IMG/VR virus record: IMGVR_UViG_2844443253_000007
Length of the DNA stretch: 48,088 nt
Source of the DNA: a virus
Lineage: Duplodnaviria; Heunggongvirae; Uroviricota; Caudoviricetes
Strand: one strand, 5' to 3'
The position numbers and the translations under genes are program-made. Below, one piece after another: positions 20,440-35,627 of this stretch. The notes beneath the pieces were generated by a model, which saw nothing but the letters and a program-made list of their open reading frames with translations, had not been told where the DNA came from and searched no databases. Each line of letters begins with the position of its first letter. Positions within the stretch are counted from its first letter, which is position 1.

Positions 20440-21354
20440 ATGTCTGTAGTGATATCAGGTGCGCTGACTGATGGCGCAGGTATCCCCATGTCCGGATACC
20501 ATATTATTCTGAAATCCCGGGTAAACCCCCCGGAAGTGGTGATGAACACTGTTGCTGATGTGATGACAGGAAACGATGGTGAATACTGTTTCCATGCGCG
20601 GACTGGAAAATATGGTGTGTATCTGAAACAGGACTGGCGCAACGAGTACAACGTTGGCGACATTGCTGTATATGAGGACTCAAAGCCCGGCACGCTGAAT
20701 GACTTTCTGATTGCTCCTGATGAGGGCGACCTGAAACCGGATGTCGTCAAACGCTTTGAGGAAATGGTGGCGCAGGCGCAGCAGAGCGCCGGGGCCGCAG
20801 CCGGAAACGCACAGCAGACGGCGCAGGATGTGGCGGCAGCCGCAGGTTATGCCCGCGCAGCAGAGCAGGCCAAAAATGACATTGATGCTGCGCTGACCGG
20901 CACTCTGAAAACGGCTAACCATCTGTCTGAAATCGCAGCAGCAGGCGAAAAGGCACAACAGAAGTCCCGGGATAATCTGGGGCTGAAAAGTGCGGCCACG
21001 ATGGAAGCACAGAGCGACATTTACGACCGGACAAAAGGCCGTCTGGCGATACCCGGCGCATTCGGCTTTGGGTGTGCTTTTCTGCCTGAAGATGTTATCC
21101 GTTTTGACACTAAGAGTGATTTCCTGGCCTGGGTAAGGAATGCGCTGCCAGGTGAATATTCCGTTGCTGGCCCCTACGGCATCATCATACCCGACACACG
21201 GTTTGAAGGGGTGCTCAGCATCCGGTGGACTGATGCACGCCCTGAGACAACAGAACCGCGGTACAGAGCCAAATCCCTTACTTTTTACGGCATTAACGGC
21301 CCCATTTATCACACCCGCTACCGCTACTGGCCCATATCCAGACTGACTGGGTGA
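20440..21354 (+). CDS. Phage tail fiber protein (N-terminal conserved type)
   Basis: 304 aa, Ala/Gln-rich central region typical of side tail fibers. Confidence 0.6.
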   Translation: MSVVISGALTDGAGIPMSGYHIILKSRVNPPEVVMNTVADVMTGNDGEYCFHARTGKYGVYLKQDWRNEYNVGDIAVYEDSKPGTLNDFLIAPDEGDLKPDVVKRFEEMVAQAQQSAGAAAGNAQQTAQDVAAAAGYARAAEQAKNDIDAALTGTLKTANHLSEIAAAGEKAQQKSRDNLGLKSAATMEAQSDIYDRTKGRLAIPGAFGFGCAFLPEDVIRFDTKSDFLAWVRNALPGEYSVAGPYGIIIPDTRFEGVLSIRWTDARPETTEPRYRAKSLTFYGINGPIYHTRYRYWPISRLTG

Positions 21355-21704
21355 AAATAAATATAACCACAGAAGATATTATTTACAGAATCGTGGCGAG
21401 CTCTGTCCGCAACAGATGGGGAGACCCTGACATTGGCGGGCTGATTATTGCTGCGTACCAGGGAGAAGCTGACGGTGATAAAGTCATCAGACTTGTCAGG
21501 GGGCAGTCATACAGAGGCTCACGACTGGGACCGGTGGGGATTTCAGTGCCCAGTACTCCCACCGGAACGTATATAGCATCCCCACAATTTTTCATTACGG
21601 GATGTTCAGAGCATTCATTACCGGGGTCATATTGCGCCCTGTCCGGGGTGCCGGATGCTCATGTCTCTGGCGCAATGCCCGGGCTTTTTATTCGCACATC
21701 GTGA
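21351..21704 (+). CDS. Tail-fiber-associated hypothetical ORF (possibly remnant of fiber C-terminus)
   Basis: GTG start overlapping upstream stop; region from 21538 is duplicated at 41736. Confidence 0.4.
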   Translation: MKINITTEDIIYRIVASSVRNRWGDPDIGGLIIAAYQGEADGDKVIRLVRGQSYRGSRLGPVGISVPSTPTGTYIASPQFFITGCSEHSLPGSYCALSGVPDAHVSGAMPGLFIRTS

Positions 21705-21713
21705 GGAATGCAC

Positions 21714-22278
21714 CGTGGAAATTAAAAAAATCATTAATCCCCGTTATACCGAAAGTGGCGCAGTAGACTGTGACGTTTTTTTTGACGACAGGGACCAGGC
21801 AGTCCCCTACACAGCCACCGCTGATGATGTCGCTCCGACGGGTCAGCAAATCTGGCAGGAACTGCAAAGCGGCAAATGGGGTGAGATAGCCCCATTCACT
21901 GTGACACCAGAAATGCTGGAAGCGGCCAGAGAGGCCAGACGTCAGGAAATTGAAGCATGGCGCGCAGAACAGGAGGCGAAGCTGTTCACGTTTGAATGGA
22001 ACGGTCGTATCTGGAATGCTGGTCCCGACTCACTGGGCCGCCTGTCCCCGGTAGTCATGCTGGCAAAATCTGTCACAGCACAAACACATATGGCGTGGAG
22101 CGATGCCGATAATCAGCAGGTGAAACTGTCGATGCCGGAACTGGAAGAACTGGCGGCAGCAATGGTGCAGGCGCAGGTCGATCGCAACGATGAGATTTAT
22201 CGCCGTCAGCGGGAGCTGAAGGAAGAGCTGAATAGTCTGAAGGATTTGAATTCGGTTAGGAATTTTATCGTGGAATAA
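21714..22278 (+). CDS. Tail fiber assembly protein (Tfa-like)
   Basis: [25 protein letters not shown]... typical Tfa N-terminus; GTG start; second diverged copy at 41911-42475. Confidence 0.7.
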
Positions 22279-22478
22279 CAGAAGCTGCGGCACGTCGTAT
22301 GCAGGAACGTGCCGCGGTTGGCTGGTAAACTTTCGATAGTGCGAGTATTGAATGATTTCTAGGCGTTATCGATTTTACGTATTTTTTGCATGATAGAATT
22401 CGTACCTCCTCCCAACGACCTTCCATGGCTTTCCGGACTTCTGTAGGCTGGCGGACGATGCTGTCCTCGGATGTTGTG

Positions 22479-23336
22479 CTAATTGGGTGATAACAGATCC
22501 TGTGTATGGGCGTTTCCCTTTGTGCGTGCGTTGATGCTGGTAACGGTAAACGTCATGATGAACACGACCGCGAATAAGACGACAATCGTCGGAGCTGGTG
22601 CGCTGTCGATAAAAAAGGACAGCCAGACACCAGTCATTGACACTATTACCGATATGCCAGTCGCCAGTAGGAGCGCAATATGAAAGCGTTGTGTCAGGAG
22701 TACTGCAATGGCGCCAGGCGCAATGAGCAGAGAAATAGAGAGAATGATACCTACTGCTTTCAGCGTCGCCACAATGGTCAGGGAAACCATGCACAGCAGC
22801 CCATAATGCAGCCATCTCGTATGCAAACCGCTTACCTGCGCCTGTTGATAATCAAAGCTGAACAGCAAAAAATCCCGCCATTTTACGCTAATAACAAGTG
22901 TAACCAGCCCGGCAATAATCACCGTCTGGATTATGTCGCCGATGGTTATCCCGAGCATGTCGCCGAAAAGAATATGGTCAAGATGTACGTCTGGTTTAAT
23001 TGCAATATACAAGATCAGACCTGCGGCAAACATGCCAGAAAAAACAATCCCCATAACTGTATCTTGCTTGATTCGGCTGTTGTCTTTCAGGTATCCCGTC
23101 GCCACCGCGCAGAATACTCCGGCGACGAATGCCCCTGTAGCCAGAGGTAACCCCAGAATCCAGGTAAGCACGATGCCAGGAAAAACCGCATGACTCATCG
23201 CGTCACCCATCAGTGCCCAACCTTTCAGGACCAGAAAGACCGACAGCAGCGCACAGGGTATGGAAACTACCAGTGAAATCAGCAGTGCGTGACTCATAAA
23301 GGTGAACTGCAGTGGCTCCAGTAATAATGCCATCAT
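22479..23336 (-). CDS. sitD: Mn/Fe ABC transporter permease SitD
   Basis: 285-aa polytopic membrane protein, last gene of four-gene operon. Confidence 0.85.
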   Translation of the reverse strand: MMALLLEPLQFTFMSHALLISLVVSIPCALLSVFLVLKGWALMGDAMSHAVFPGIVLTWILGLPLATGAFVAGVFCAVATGYLKDNSRIKQDTVMGIVFSGMFAAGLILYIAIKPDVHLDHILFGDMLGITIGDIIQTVIIAGLVTLVISVKWRDFLLFSFDYQQAQVSGLHTRWLHYGLLCMVSLTIVATLKAVGIILSISLLIAPGAIAVLLTQRFHIALLLATGISVIVSMTGVWLSFFIDSAPAPTIVVLFAVVFIMTFTVTSINARTKGNAHTQDLLSPN

Positions 23337-24190
23337 GAGCGATCCTCCAGCGCTTTATGCGCACGCCGACGATTTGCCAAAAGTCCATGGGTGGGCGCAA
23401 ATACAAATGCTAAAAGAAACAGCAGTGTCTGCGCCACCACGATGATTCCACCTGTCGCGCCGTCCAGAAAGTAACTGACCCACGCGCCGAGGAAACTGGT
23501 TACACTGCCAATAGTTACAGCAATTATGAGCAGGCGGGGAAAACGATCGGTTAACAACCATGCTGTTGCACCGGGAGTCACCACCAGACAGATCACCAGA
23601 AAGGCACCAACCGTTTGCAGCGCCGCAACGGTCGAAACCGACAGCAGGGTGAAGAAGAGGATTTTTAATCTGCCCGGATGTAATCCAATAGCACGGGCGT
23701 GATTCTCGTCGAAAAAGGTCACCATAAGATCTTTCCATTTGAAAAAAAGCACGATGATCGAGAGAATGCCAATGATAGTGAGTTGCAGGATATCCGCCGG
23801 ATCGATTGCCAGAATATTGCCCAGGACGATGGTCTGAATGTTCACGGATGTCGGGTTCAATGACACCATAAACAGCCCCAGGCCAAAAAAGGACGAGAAG
23901 ATCAGGCCGATGATGGCATCTTCTTTTAAGCGGGTGCGTTGGTTAAGAAACAGCATGCTGCCCGCTGCCAGTCCGCCGGAAAAGAAGGCTCCCAGAGAAA
24001 ACGGAAGCCCCAGCATATATGCCCCCGCAACACCCGGGACAATAGAGTGCGACAGCGCATCGCCAATCAGCGACCAGCCTTTTAGCATCAGATAGCATGA
24101 CAGGAAAGCGCAGAGACCGCCGACCATTGCCGAGACCCACATCGCATTGAGCATATATTCATAGCTGAAGGGTTCCAGTAGCACGTTCAT
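23333..24190 (-). CDS. sitC: Mn/Fe ABC transporter permease SitC
   Basis: 285-aa membrane protein, overlapping start/stop with neighbours. Confidence 0.85.
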   Translation of the reverse strand: MNVLLEPFSYEYMLNAMWVSAMVGGLCAFLSCYLMLKGWSLIGDALSHSIVPGVAGAYMLGLPFSLGAFFSGGLAAGSMLFLNQRTRLKEDAIIGLIFSSFFGLGLFMVSLNPTSVNIQTIVLGNILAIDPADILQLTIIGILSIIVLFFKWKDLMVTFFDENHARAIGLHPGRLKILFFTLLSVSTVAALQTVGAFLVICLVVTPGATAWLLTDRFPRLLIIAVTIGSVTSFLGAWVSYFLDGATGGIIVVAQTLLFLLAFVFAPTHGLLANRRRAHKALEDRS

Positions 24191-25014
24191 CTTGCTTCCC
24201 TCTGCACCGCTGACGGTCGATGTGCCACAAAAGGGCGTTCATCGTCAGTAATAATGCTTTCTTCCGAGCCGTTAAGTGTGACATGGCGCAGTACGCCGCT
24301 AAAAGCCAGCTCCAGGTTCTCGGCTGTAAAAGTGGTGTCTGTCGGCCCGCTTGCCAGGACGGTGCCTTTGACCATGACCGTATAATCGCAAAATGTCGTG
24401 ACTGAGCCGAGATTGTGCGTTGAGACAAGCATCGTTTTGCCTTCCGCGCGTAACTCCCTCAACAGGCTGATGATTTTCGCTTCGGTTTTCACATCAACGC
24501 CGGTAAAAGGTTCATCCAGCAGGATCACATCACCCTGCTGTGCAATTGCTCTCGCCAGAAAGACGCGTTTCTTTTGTCCACCGGAAAGCTCGCCGATTTG
24601 ACGATGGCGAAAATCCACCATATCGACACGTTCCAGCGCATCGGTGACAATCTGACGATCCCTCTTTTTGGCTATACGCAACATACCCATATGCCCATAG
24701 CGGCCCATCATCACCACATCTTCCACCAGTACAGGAAATGACCAGTCAACCTCTTCTGACTGAGGGACGTAGGCAACCAGGTTTTTCTGTAGCGCCTGTC
24801 GCGTGGGAATACCCAGAACAGATATCTTTCCGCTGGTCAGACGCACAAATCCCATAATCGCTTTAAACAACGTCGATTTTCCGGAACCGTTTACCCCAAC
24901 CAGAGCGGCAATAGATCCACTTGGTACTGTGAAGGATGCATCGCGCAGTGCTGTGTGCCCGTTACGCCAGGTGACAGTAACATCATTAACGACAATGCCT
25001 GCAGATTGCATCAT
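24187..25014 (-). CDS. sitB: Mn/Fe ABC transporter ATP-binding protein SitB
   Basis: Walker [13 protein letters not shown] signature LSGGQKKR, Walker B ILLDEP. Confidence 0.9.
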   Translation of the reverse strand: MMQSAGIVVNDVTVTWRNGHTALRDASFTVPSGSIAALVGVNGSGKSTLFKAIMGFVRLTSGKISVLGIPTRQALQKNLVAYVPQSEEVDWSFPVLVEDVVMMGRYGHMGMLRIAKKRDRQIVTDALERVDMVDFRHRQIGELSGGQKKRVFLARAIAQQGDVILLDEPFTGVDVKTEAKIISLLRELRAEGKTMLVSTHNLGSVTTFCDYTVMVKGTVLASGPTDTTFTAENLELAFSGVLRHVTLNGSEESIITDDERPFVAHRPSAVQREAR

Positions 25015-25928
25015 TATTTCTCCCTTTTCCCGGCTTTAATTCCCTGTACCAGCGTACTGGTAGTAACCTTAAGAAGGTCGATATACGTAGGTACCGGGCC
25101 GTTTTCTGTGCTCAGGGAATCGACATAGAGCACACCGCCGTAGTGTGCGCCGGTTTCACGCGCAACCTGACGCGCTGGTTTATCGGAAATCGTACTCTCG
25201 CTAAAGACTGCCGGGATATGATTTTTCTTAACTATATCAACAACCTTACGTACCTGCTGCGGTGTTCCTTGTTGATCGGCATTAATCGGCCACAGATAAA
25301 GCTCTTTTAGCCCCAAATCGCGTGCGAGATAAGAAAAAGCCCCTTCACTGGTGACCATCCATCGCTGATTCTCAGGGAGTTCCGTAATCTGCTTACGCAG
25401 GGGGGCAAGGGTTTGGGTAATCTTGGCTTTATAAGTATCGGCATTACGTTGGTAGGTTTGTGCATTTGCCGGATCGTATTTTATCAACGCATCACGAATA
25501 TTATCGACGTAAATCAGAGCATTATCTGGCGACATCCATGCATGGGGATTAGGTTTGCCCTCATAGGGTCCTTCGGTGATCCCTACTGGCGTCACACCCG
25601 AAGAGACAATTACTTCTGGAACCCCATTGAGATGCTGGTAAAAGCGTTGGAACCACAATTCCAGATTCATACCATTGGCGAGAATCAGTTGTGCCCCCTG
25701 CGCACGTTTAATATCGCCAGGGGTAGGCTGATACTCATGAATTTCTGCACCAGGCTTGGTTATGGATGAGACTTCTGCAGCATCTCCAGCCACGTTTTTG
25801 GCCATATCCGCGATGATGGTAAATGTTGTAATGACCTTGAATTTTTCAGTTGCACTTGCCTGAAATGCGATCGAGCAGGTGAGGGCGAGGCACCCCAAGA
25901 GCATGGTTACTTTTTTTATTGAGTGCAT
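25014..25928 (-). CDS. sitA: Periplasmic Mn/Fe-binding protein SitA
   Basis: Signal peptide plus metal-binding SBP fold; operon order sitABCD. Confidence 0.9.
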   Translation of the reverse strand: MHSIKKVTMLLGCLALTCSIAFQASATEKFKVITTFTIIADMAKNVAGDAAEVSSITKPGAEIHEYQPTPGDIKRAQGAQLILANGMNLELWFQRFYQHLNGVPEVIVSSGVTPVGITEGPYEGKPNPHAWMSPDNALIYVDNIRDALIKYDPANAQTYQRNADTYKAKITQTLAPLRKQITELPENQRWMVTSEGAFSYLARDLGLKELYLWPINADQQGTPQQVRKVVDIVKKNHIPAVFSESTISDKPARQVARETGAHYGGVLYVDSLSTENGPVPTYIDLLKVTTSTLVQGIKAGKREK

Positions 25929-25960
25929 AATTTAGTACCTATAGTGAGCAAAATTAGAAC

Positions 25961-25982
25961 AAACATAGCAACGGCTATGTTT
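25961..25982 (-). promoter_or_regulatory. MntR box upstream of sitA
   Basis: Perfect palindrome AAACATAGC-AACG-GCTATGTTT. Confidence 0.75.
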
Positions 25983-26002
25983 TATAGCATAACCTATACA
26001 AA

Positions 26003-26023
26003 ATGAAAATAATTATCATTAAC
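26003..26023 (-). promoter_or_regulatory. Fur box candidate upstream of sitA
   Basis: GTTAATGATAATTATTTTC (minus strand) resembles GATAATGATAATCATTATC. Confidence 0.55.
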
Positions 26024-27054
26024 AGCTTTGAGGCCTAAAACAGGGATTAGGTTGTTTCCTGCTGGCGACATGATATTGAGGAAAAAAGTAGAGCAGCTAT
26101 TAGGCTTTGAAATGACTTTATGAGGAAAATTGTTGATGGCAAAAATGGGGCAAAAAAGAGTGGGTTATCGTAGCTTATTGTTGTCGCTGATAATGTTTAA
26201 CATATTGAAAAATAAATAAAATACTTATGAGTCAGATAGTTGTGATTTTTGCCCTTACTTGTTCAGGTTGTATTGTTCTTTCTTTGTAATTTGTTGATTT
26301 TCTTGCATTATTTCAGTTCTCTGGTACTAAATGGGGCAAATTGGGGGCAAACTTTGCAACTACGATAACCGCGCATTCAACATGGCTATCTGTTCGTCGT
26401 TCATGTCATCAATCCACATACCGTAAATTTCATACACCATTTGCGCAGTTTCATGCCCCATCTGGCTGGCTATAAATGCCGGGTTCGCTCCTGCCGTCAA
26501 CAGCCAGCAGGCAAAAGTATGTCGCGTATGGTACGGATTACGGCGGCGAATACCAGCACGTTTTACTGCTGCATTCCATCTTGTACCCAAACTGCTTACC
26601 GAGTAATAAGGTTTCTGTTTTTCGTTACACACCCTGGGCATGAAAACAAAATGCAGTTTTTGTTTTTCAGTTCTGCCGTACTCCCGATGATAAAAAGTGA
26701 TTTCGCTTTTGCGATGATGCCCGGTCAGTTTGTATTGCTCCTTCAGTGCTTCAAGAGCCGGCTGCAGTAATGCTACCGTCCGGATCCCGGCATTTGTTTT
26801 TGGGGGACCGAACATATCAAGTATCGTCAGGTTTCTTCTGACATTCACAATTCCCTTCTCGAAATCCACATCCTCCCACGCCAGAGCTGCCAGTTCCCCG
26901 TGACGAAGCCCGGAGTAAACGGCAAATTTCCACAAGTTTTGGCTCTGTCCTTTTTCACTTTCCATTAATGCATTGAATTCTGTTTTAGATAACGGGTCAG
27001 GTAATGCTGCCAACTTACTGATTTAGTGTATGATGGTGATTTTAAGGTGCTTGC

Positions 27055-27330
27055 GTGGCTTCCATTTCCATCAGATGTCCTTCCTGCTCCGCTACTGAAG
27101 GCGTGGTGCGTAACGGCAAAAGCACTGCCGGACATCAGCGCTATCTCTGCTCTCATTGCCGTAAAACATGGCAACTACAGTTCACTTACACCGCCTCTCA
27201 GCCCGGTACGCACCAGAAAATCATTGATATGGCCATGAATGGCGTCGGATGTCGTGCCAGTGCACGCATTATGGGCGTTGGCCTCAACACGGTTTTACGT
27301 CACTTAAAAAACTCAGGCCGCAGTCGGTAA
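27055..27330 (+). CDS. insA: IS1 InsA
   Basis: Repeated ORF. Confidence 0.9.
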   Translation: MASISIRCPSCSATEGVVRNGKSTAGHQRYLCSHCRKTWQLQFTYTASQPGTHQKIIDMAMNGVGCRASARIMGVGLNTVLRHLKNSGRSR

Positions 27331-27752
27331 CCTCGCGCATACAACCGGGCAGTGATGTGATTGTCTGCGCTGAAATGGACGAACATTGGGGCTACGTCGG
27401 TGCTAAATCACGTCAGCGCTGGCTGTTTTACGCGTATGACAGGATACGGAGGACGGTTGTGGCGCACGTCTTCGGTGAACGCACTCTGGCCACACTGGAG
27501 CGTCTTCTGAGCCTGCTGTCGGCCTTTGAGGTCGTGGTATGGATGACGGATGGCTGGCCGCTGTATGAATCACGCCTGAAGGGAAAGCTGCACGTTATCA
27601 GCAAGCGTTACACTCAGCGCATTGAGCGACATAATCTGAATCTGAGACAACATCTGGCAAGGCTGGTACGGAAGTCACTGTCGTTCTCAAAATCGGTGGA
27701 GCTGCATGACAAGGTCATCGGGCATTATCTGAACATAAAACACTATCAGTAA
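27249..27752 (+). CDS. insB: IS1 InsB
   Basis: Repeated ORF. Confidence 0.9.
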   Translation: MSCQCTHYGRWPQHGFTSLKKLRPQSVTSRIQPGSDVIVCAEMDEHWGYVGAKSRQRWLFYAYDRIRRTVVAHVFGERTLATLERLLSLLSAFEVVVWMTDGWPLYESRLKGKLHVISKRYTQRIERHNLNLRQHLARLVRKSLSFSKSVELHDKVIGHYLNIKHYQ

Positions 27753-28155
27753 GTTGGAGTCATTACCCACCGGAACTGATTTGATGAACTATCAACGCTC
27801 TTAAATTCCCGGCCTTTTTAATGTTACTGTTAGTAATCTCCCAGCCTTTCAATGTTTCCCGACATCGTTTTCCTCGAAACATGAACCAGATGCGAATGTA
27901 TTTACCTCGAATCTCGACACCTGTTGGTAATTTAGACATATCATGAGTCTTTGATAAACTGATTTATCTTCGGATAGTTGTACCAGATAATCCCTCGCTT
28001 ACTGTCTGGCTTCCCTAAAGGAGATACTCGTTTGAAGTGGAAGCCTTCCACCCAACAGTTCTGGCGGTATGCTTCAATTTGTCTGGCACCCAGACCAGTG
28101 CGAAGCATCAGGCTGAACCGCCCCGGGTTTCCTGGAGAGTGTTTTATCTGTGAAC

Positions 28156-29038
<883 letters not shown>

Positions 29039-29042
<4 letters not shown>

Positions 29043-29365
29043 TTTTTCCAGAGGCGGTCGAACTCCGCCTTCGCAAAATAAGCGGAAGCCTGGCGAAGGA
29101 TATCGTTACTGCGGCGCAGTTCACGATTTTCACGCTCCAGCTCTTTCAGACGCTGACGTTCAGCGGTGGTGAGCCCTCCATCACCGCCCCCGGTATCCCG
29201 CTCATGCTGGCGAACCCAGACACGCAGAGTCTCCGGCGTACAGCCAATCTTTGGGGCAATGGAACAAATTGTCGCCCATTGTGAGTCATATTCGCCCTGA
29301 CTTTCCAGAACCATACGGACTGCCCGTTGACGGACTTCGGGGGAAAAACGAGTATTTTTAGTCAT
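29039..29365 (-). CDS. IS629-like OrfA
   Basis: 108-aa [25 protein letters not shown]... Confidence 0.85.
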
Positions 29366-29649
29366 CCTGTTTACCTCTTTCTCAGGAAGTTTAGTCTCCA
29401 GGATTCCCGGGGCGGTTCATTCCCAAAATGCACTTGGTTTTACACCGGAATATTCTCATCGTATCCTGCTTGTTGCGTTTCGTTTTGTGTTTGTGGATCC
29501 GGGAATGCATATTCAACGCCTTCCAGTTCAATCCATAGTGCATTACGACCAGCTTTGATTGTCGGCCAGTCCATACCTGAAGTGGCACACTGAATTTGGC
29601 CACCTGAACAGAGGTGATATGCTCACCTCAGAACAACACAGGTGCTCCA

Positions 29650-33088
<3,439 letters not shown>

Positions 33089-33093
33089 CCACT

Positions 33094-34059
33094 TCAACCT
33101 TTGATTCTTTCCCATGAGCGGGAGGTGAATGTTTTTTCCAGCAAATCAGCTTTTGCGCGTTTGGCGTCGTTACTGGTGCCCCCATGGTGCTTGTTGAGCA
33201 ACTCGATAATTTCATCAAGTGCGATTTCTTTTGCACGCTTTTCTTTTAGCCATGTCGGTGTACCGTCGTTGGCAAATAATTCACTGTTATCCCGTGAGGT
33301 ATCGATGCCGGGGTGTTCACCTCCCAGGTTAAGAGACTCGATATGAGGAAGAAAGTTTTTAAATGTTGGGTTTGAAAATACCTGTCCATCAATACGGGTG
33401 GAGCGATCTTTTAGTATTCTGGCGGTGCGCCACACCTGACCGGTTTCTATGTTCATTTGCTTCTCCATCTGGATCCGGATGGAGGGTTCATAACCGGTTT
33501 CTGTTTCTGCTTTCATTTTTATACCGGTTTTTGCCAACTGGCGTTTGCCATCATCACCTTCGAAAAAGTCATACTCATATCCTGCACGCCCGCACATAAT
33601 AATGTGCGCCTGACTGTTAACAAATCGATCGGTAAAGCGTCGCCACTCCTGTTTGAGCCACGCCCAGTCTGAAAATTCCAGTCCTCGTTTACGGTTTCGG
33701 CGTCTGGCATACTCGTCGCATAATCCGGTCCAGAAGTGACTGATGGAGTCGATGATCATTACGGAACCGCTGCTTTCCGCTTCATTAATGGCTTCAAGCA
33801 GATCAACAAACGAGCGGGTTTTTGCCGTAAATAATTCGATATTTTCCGCATCAAAGCGGGGTTTAACCCAGTCAGAGCCTGTTTCTGTGTCCAGAAACAT
33901 TACCGGGCGGTTACCACCTTCAATTCCCCGTTGCCGCATAAGCATTACCAGACCAATAGCCAGTTCGCTTGCTGTGTAGGTTTTGCCGTCGCCAGCAAAC
34001 CCCATAATTCCTGCTTTTAGATAGGCCTGTGTGTTTATTGCTCGTTGAAAAAGCGCCAT
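33094..34059 (-). CDS. P-loop NTPase (phage-associated ATPase, possibly AAA_24/Sak4-like); stop codon lies in IS911 terminus
   Basis: Walker A GFAGDGKT, Walker B-like MIIDSISH; native C-terminus possibly lost. Confidence 0.5.
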   Translation of the reverse strand: MALFQRAINTQAYLKAGIMGFAGDGKTYTASELAIGLVMLMRQRGIEGGNRPVMFLDTETGSDWVKPRFDAENIELFTAKTRSFVDLLEAINEAESSGSVMIIDSISHFWTGLCDEYARRRNRKRGLEFSDWAWLKQEWRRFTDRFVNSQAHIIMCGRAGYEYDFFEGDDGKRQLAKTGIKMKAETETGYEPSIRIQMEKQMNIETGQVWRTARILKDRSTRIDGQVFSNPTFKNFLPHIESLNLGGEHPGIDTSRDNSELFANDGTPTWLKEKRAKEIALDEIIELLNKHHGGTSNDAKRAKADLLEKTFTSRSWERIKG

Positions 34060-34064
34060 AGATT

Positions 34065-34358
34065 TTAGTCCTCCAAATCAATATCAACCTGGTGGTGGGC
34101 AATGGTTTCAGCCATGTACCGGATGTGTTCTGCCATGCGCTCCTGAAACTCAACATCATCATCAAATGCGTGGCTGATTGCCTGTTTATTGGCACCGTGG
34201 CGTTGCAAATGGTCGATGCAGAGCGATTCAAACAGGTGCTGAGGCAGACCTTTTTCCAGGTCGTCCGCCAGTTCCGTTTCTTTTTCTTCACGAACGATCT
34301 GCTGGTAGTGACGAGCCCATGCCATTTCTTCAATACGATCAAAAATCGGATAAGCGCT
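34065..34358 (-). pseudogene. C-terminal fragment of unknown gene; 5' part displaced by IS600
   Basis: ORF continues only by reading into IS600 left end. Confidence 0.4.
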
Positions 34359-34423
34359 CTGAGGTAGCCTGAGTTTAACGGACACTCCTTCCTGAAATAG
34401 AATGGCATCAGAAGGAGCTAATA

Positions 34424-34726
34424 ATGAGCAGAAAAACCCAACGTTACTCTAAATAGTTCAAAGCCGAAGCTGTCAGAACGGTTCTTGAAAATCAACTTTC
34501 GATCAGTGAAGGCGCTTCCCGATTATCTCTTCCTGAAGGCACTTTAGGACAATGGGTTACCGCCGCCAGAAAAGGGCTCGGTACTCCTGGTTCCCGCACG
34601 GTGGCTGAACTGGAATCTGAAATTCTGCAACTGCGTAAGGCGTTAAATGAAGCTCGCCTTGAGCGCGATATATTAAAAAAAGCAACAGCGTATTTTGCAC
34701 AGGAGTCGCTGAAAAATACGCGTTAA
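34424..34726 (+). pseudogene. IS600 orfA with premature TAG at codon 11 (GAG to TAG)
   Basis: tactctaaaTAGttcaaag versus tactctaaaGAGttcaaag in other copies. Confidence 0.85.
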
Positions 34727-34761
34727 TCGAACAATGGCGACAACAATTTCCCATTGAAGCG

Positions 34762-35580
34762 ATGTGTCAGGTATTTGGTGTATCCAGGAGCGGTTATTAC
34801 AACTGGGTACAGCATGAACCCTCAGACAGAAAACAAAGTGATGAGCGGCTAAAACTGGAGATTAAGGTGGCACATATCCGCACTCGCGAAACATATGGAA
34901 CCCGGCGGCTCCAGACGGAGCTGGCAGAGAATGGCATCATCGTTGGTCGTGACCGACTGGCACGTCTTCGTAAGGAGCTGAGGCTACGCTGTAAGCAGAA
35001 ACGCAAGTTCAGAGCGACTACGAACCCGAACCACAATCTGCCAGTTGCGCCAAATCTGCTGAACCAGACGTTCGCTCCTACAGCACCAAATCAGGTCTGG
35101 GTGGCGGACCTGACGTATGTTGCCACACAGGAGGGATGGTTGTACCTCGCTGGCATCAAAGATGTTTATACGTGTGAAATTGTCGGCTACGCCATGGGAG
35201 AGCGCATGACAAAAGAGCTGACAGGTAAAGCCCTGTTTATGGCGCTCAGGAGCCAGCGCCCACCTGCCGGGCTAATCCACCACTCTGATCGAGGTTCACA
35301 GTACTGCGCATACGATTACCGGGTCATACAGGAGCAGTCTGGTCTGAAAACATCAATGTCGTGTAAAGGTAACTGTTACGACAACGCTCCGATGGAAAGC
35401 TTCTGGGGAACGCTGAAAAATGAGAGCCTGAGCCACTATCGTTTTAATAACCGGGATGAAGCCATCTCAGTAATACGGGAATACATTGAGATTTTCTACA
35501 ATCGTCAGCGTCGTCACTCTCGTCTGGGGAATATCTCCCCGGCAGCCTTCAGGGAAAAATATCATCAGATGGCTGCTTAA
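34762..35580 (+). CDS. IS600 OrfB transposase (R to C substitution)
   Basis: Near-identical to other copies. Confidence 0.85.
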   Translation: MCQVFGVSRSGYYNWVQHEPSDRKQSDERLKLEIKVAHIRTRETYGTRRLQTELAENGIIVGRDRLARLRKELRLRCKQKRKFRATTNPNHNLPVAPNLLNQTFAPTAPNQVWVADLTYVATQEGWLYLAGIKDVYTCEIVGYAMGERMTKELTGKALFMALRSQRPPAGLIHHSDRGSQYCAYDYRVIQEQSGLKTSMSCKGNCYDNAPMESFWGTLKNESLSHYRFNNRDEAISVIREYIEIFYNRQRRHSRLGNISPAAFREKYHQMAA

Positions 35581-35627
35581 AAAAAGAACAAATGGTAGTG
35601 TCCGCTATTGCCAGTACACCTCACAGG

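Larger units (their letters stand above)
27000..27767 (+). mobile_element. IS1, 768 bp, no target duplication (associated deletion)
   Basis: IS1 termini; flanks aacgggtca / caccggaac differ. Confidence 0.9.
26360..27939 (-). pseudogene. Phage integrase disrupted by IS1 with loss of central segment
   Basis: N-terminus MSKLPTGVEIRGKYIRIWFMFRGKR (27939 downward) and C-terminal catalytic part with HTRHTF...Y (26360-26999); no IS1 target duplication. Confidence 0.75.
34359..35622 (+). mobile_element. IS600 copy with inactivated orfA; no matching target duplication (ctg / cag)
   Basis: IS600 termini; followed immediately by 12-bp inverted copy of IS600 left end (caggctacctca). Confidence 0.9.

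Noticed and set aside
22375-23193. Plus-strand ORFs overlapping sitD/sitC
   Set aside because: Antisense to well-supported transporter genes; membrane-protein codon bias explains the open frames.
33094-34059. Calling the P-loop ATPase a terminase large subunit
   Set aside because: No nuclease domain or terminase-specific motifs recognized, and length/context do not fit; left as generic ATPase.
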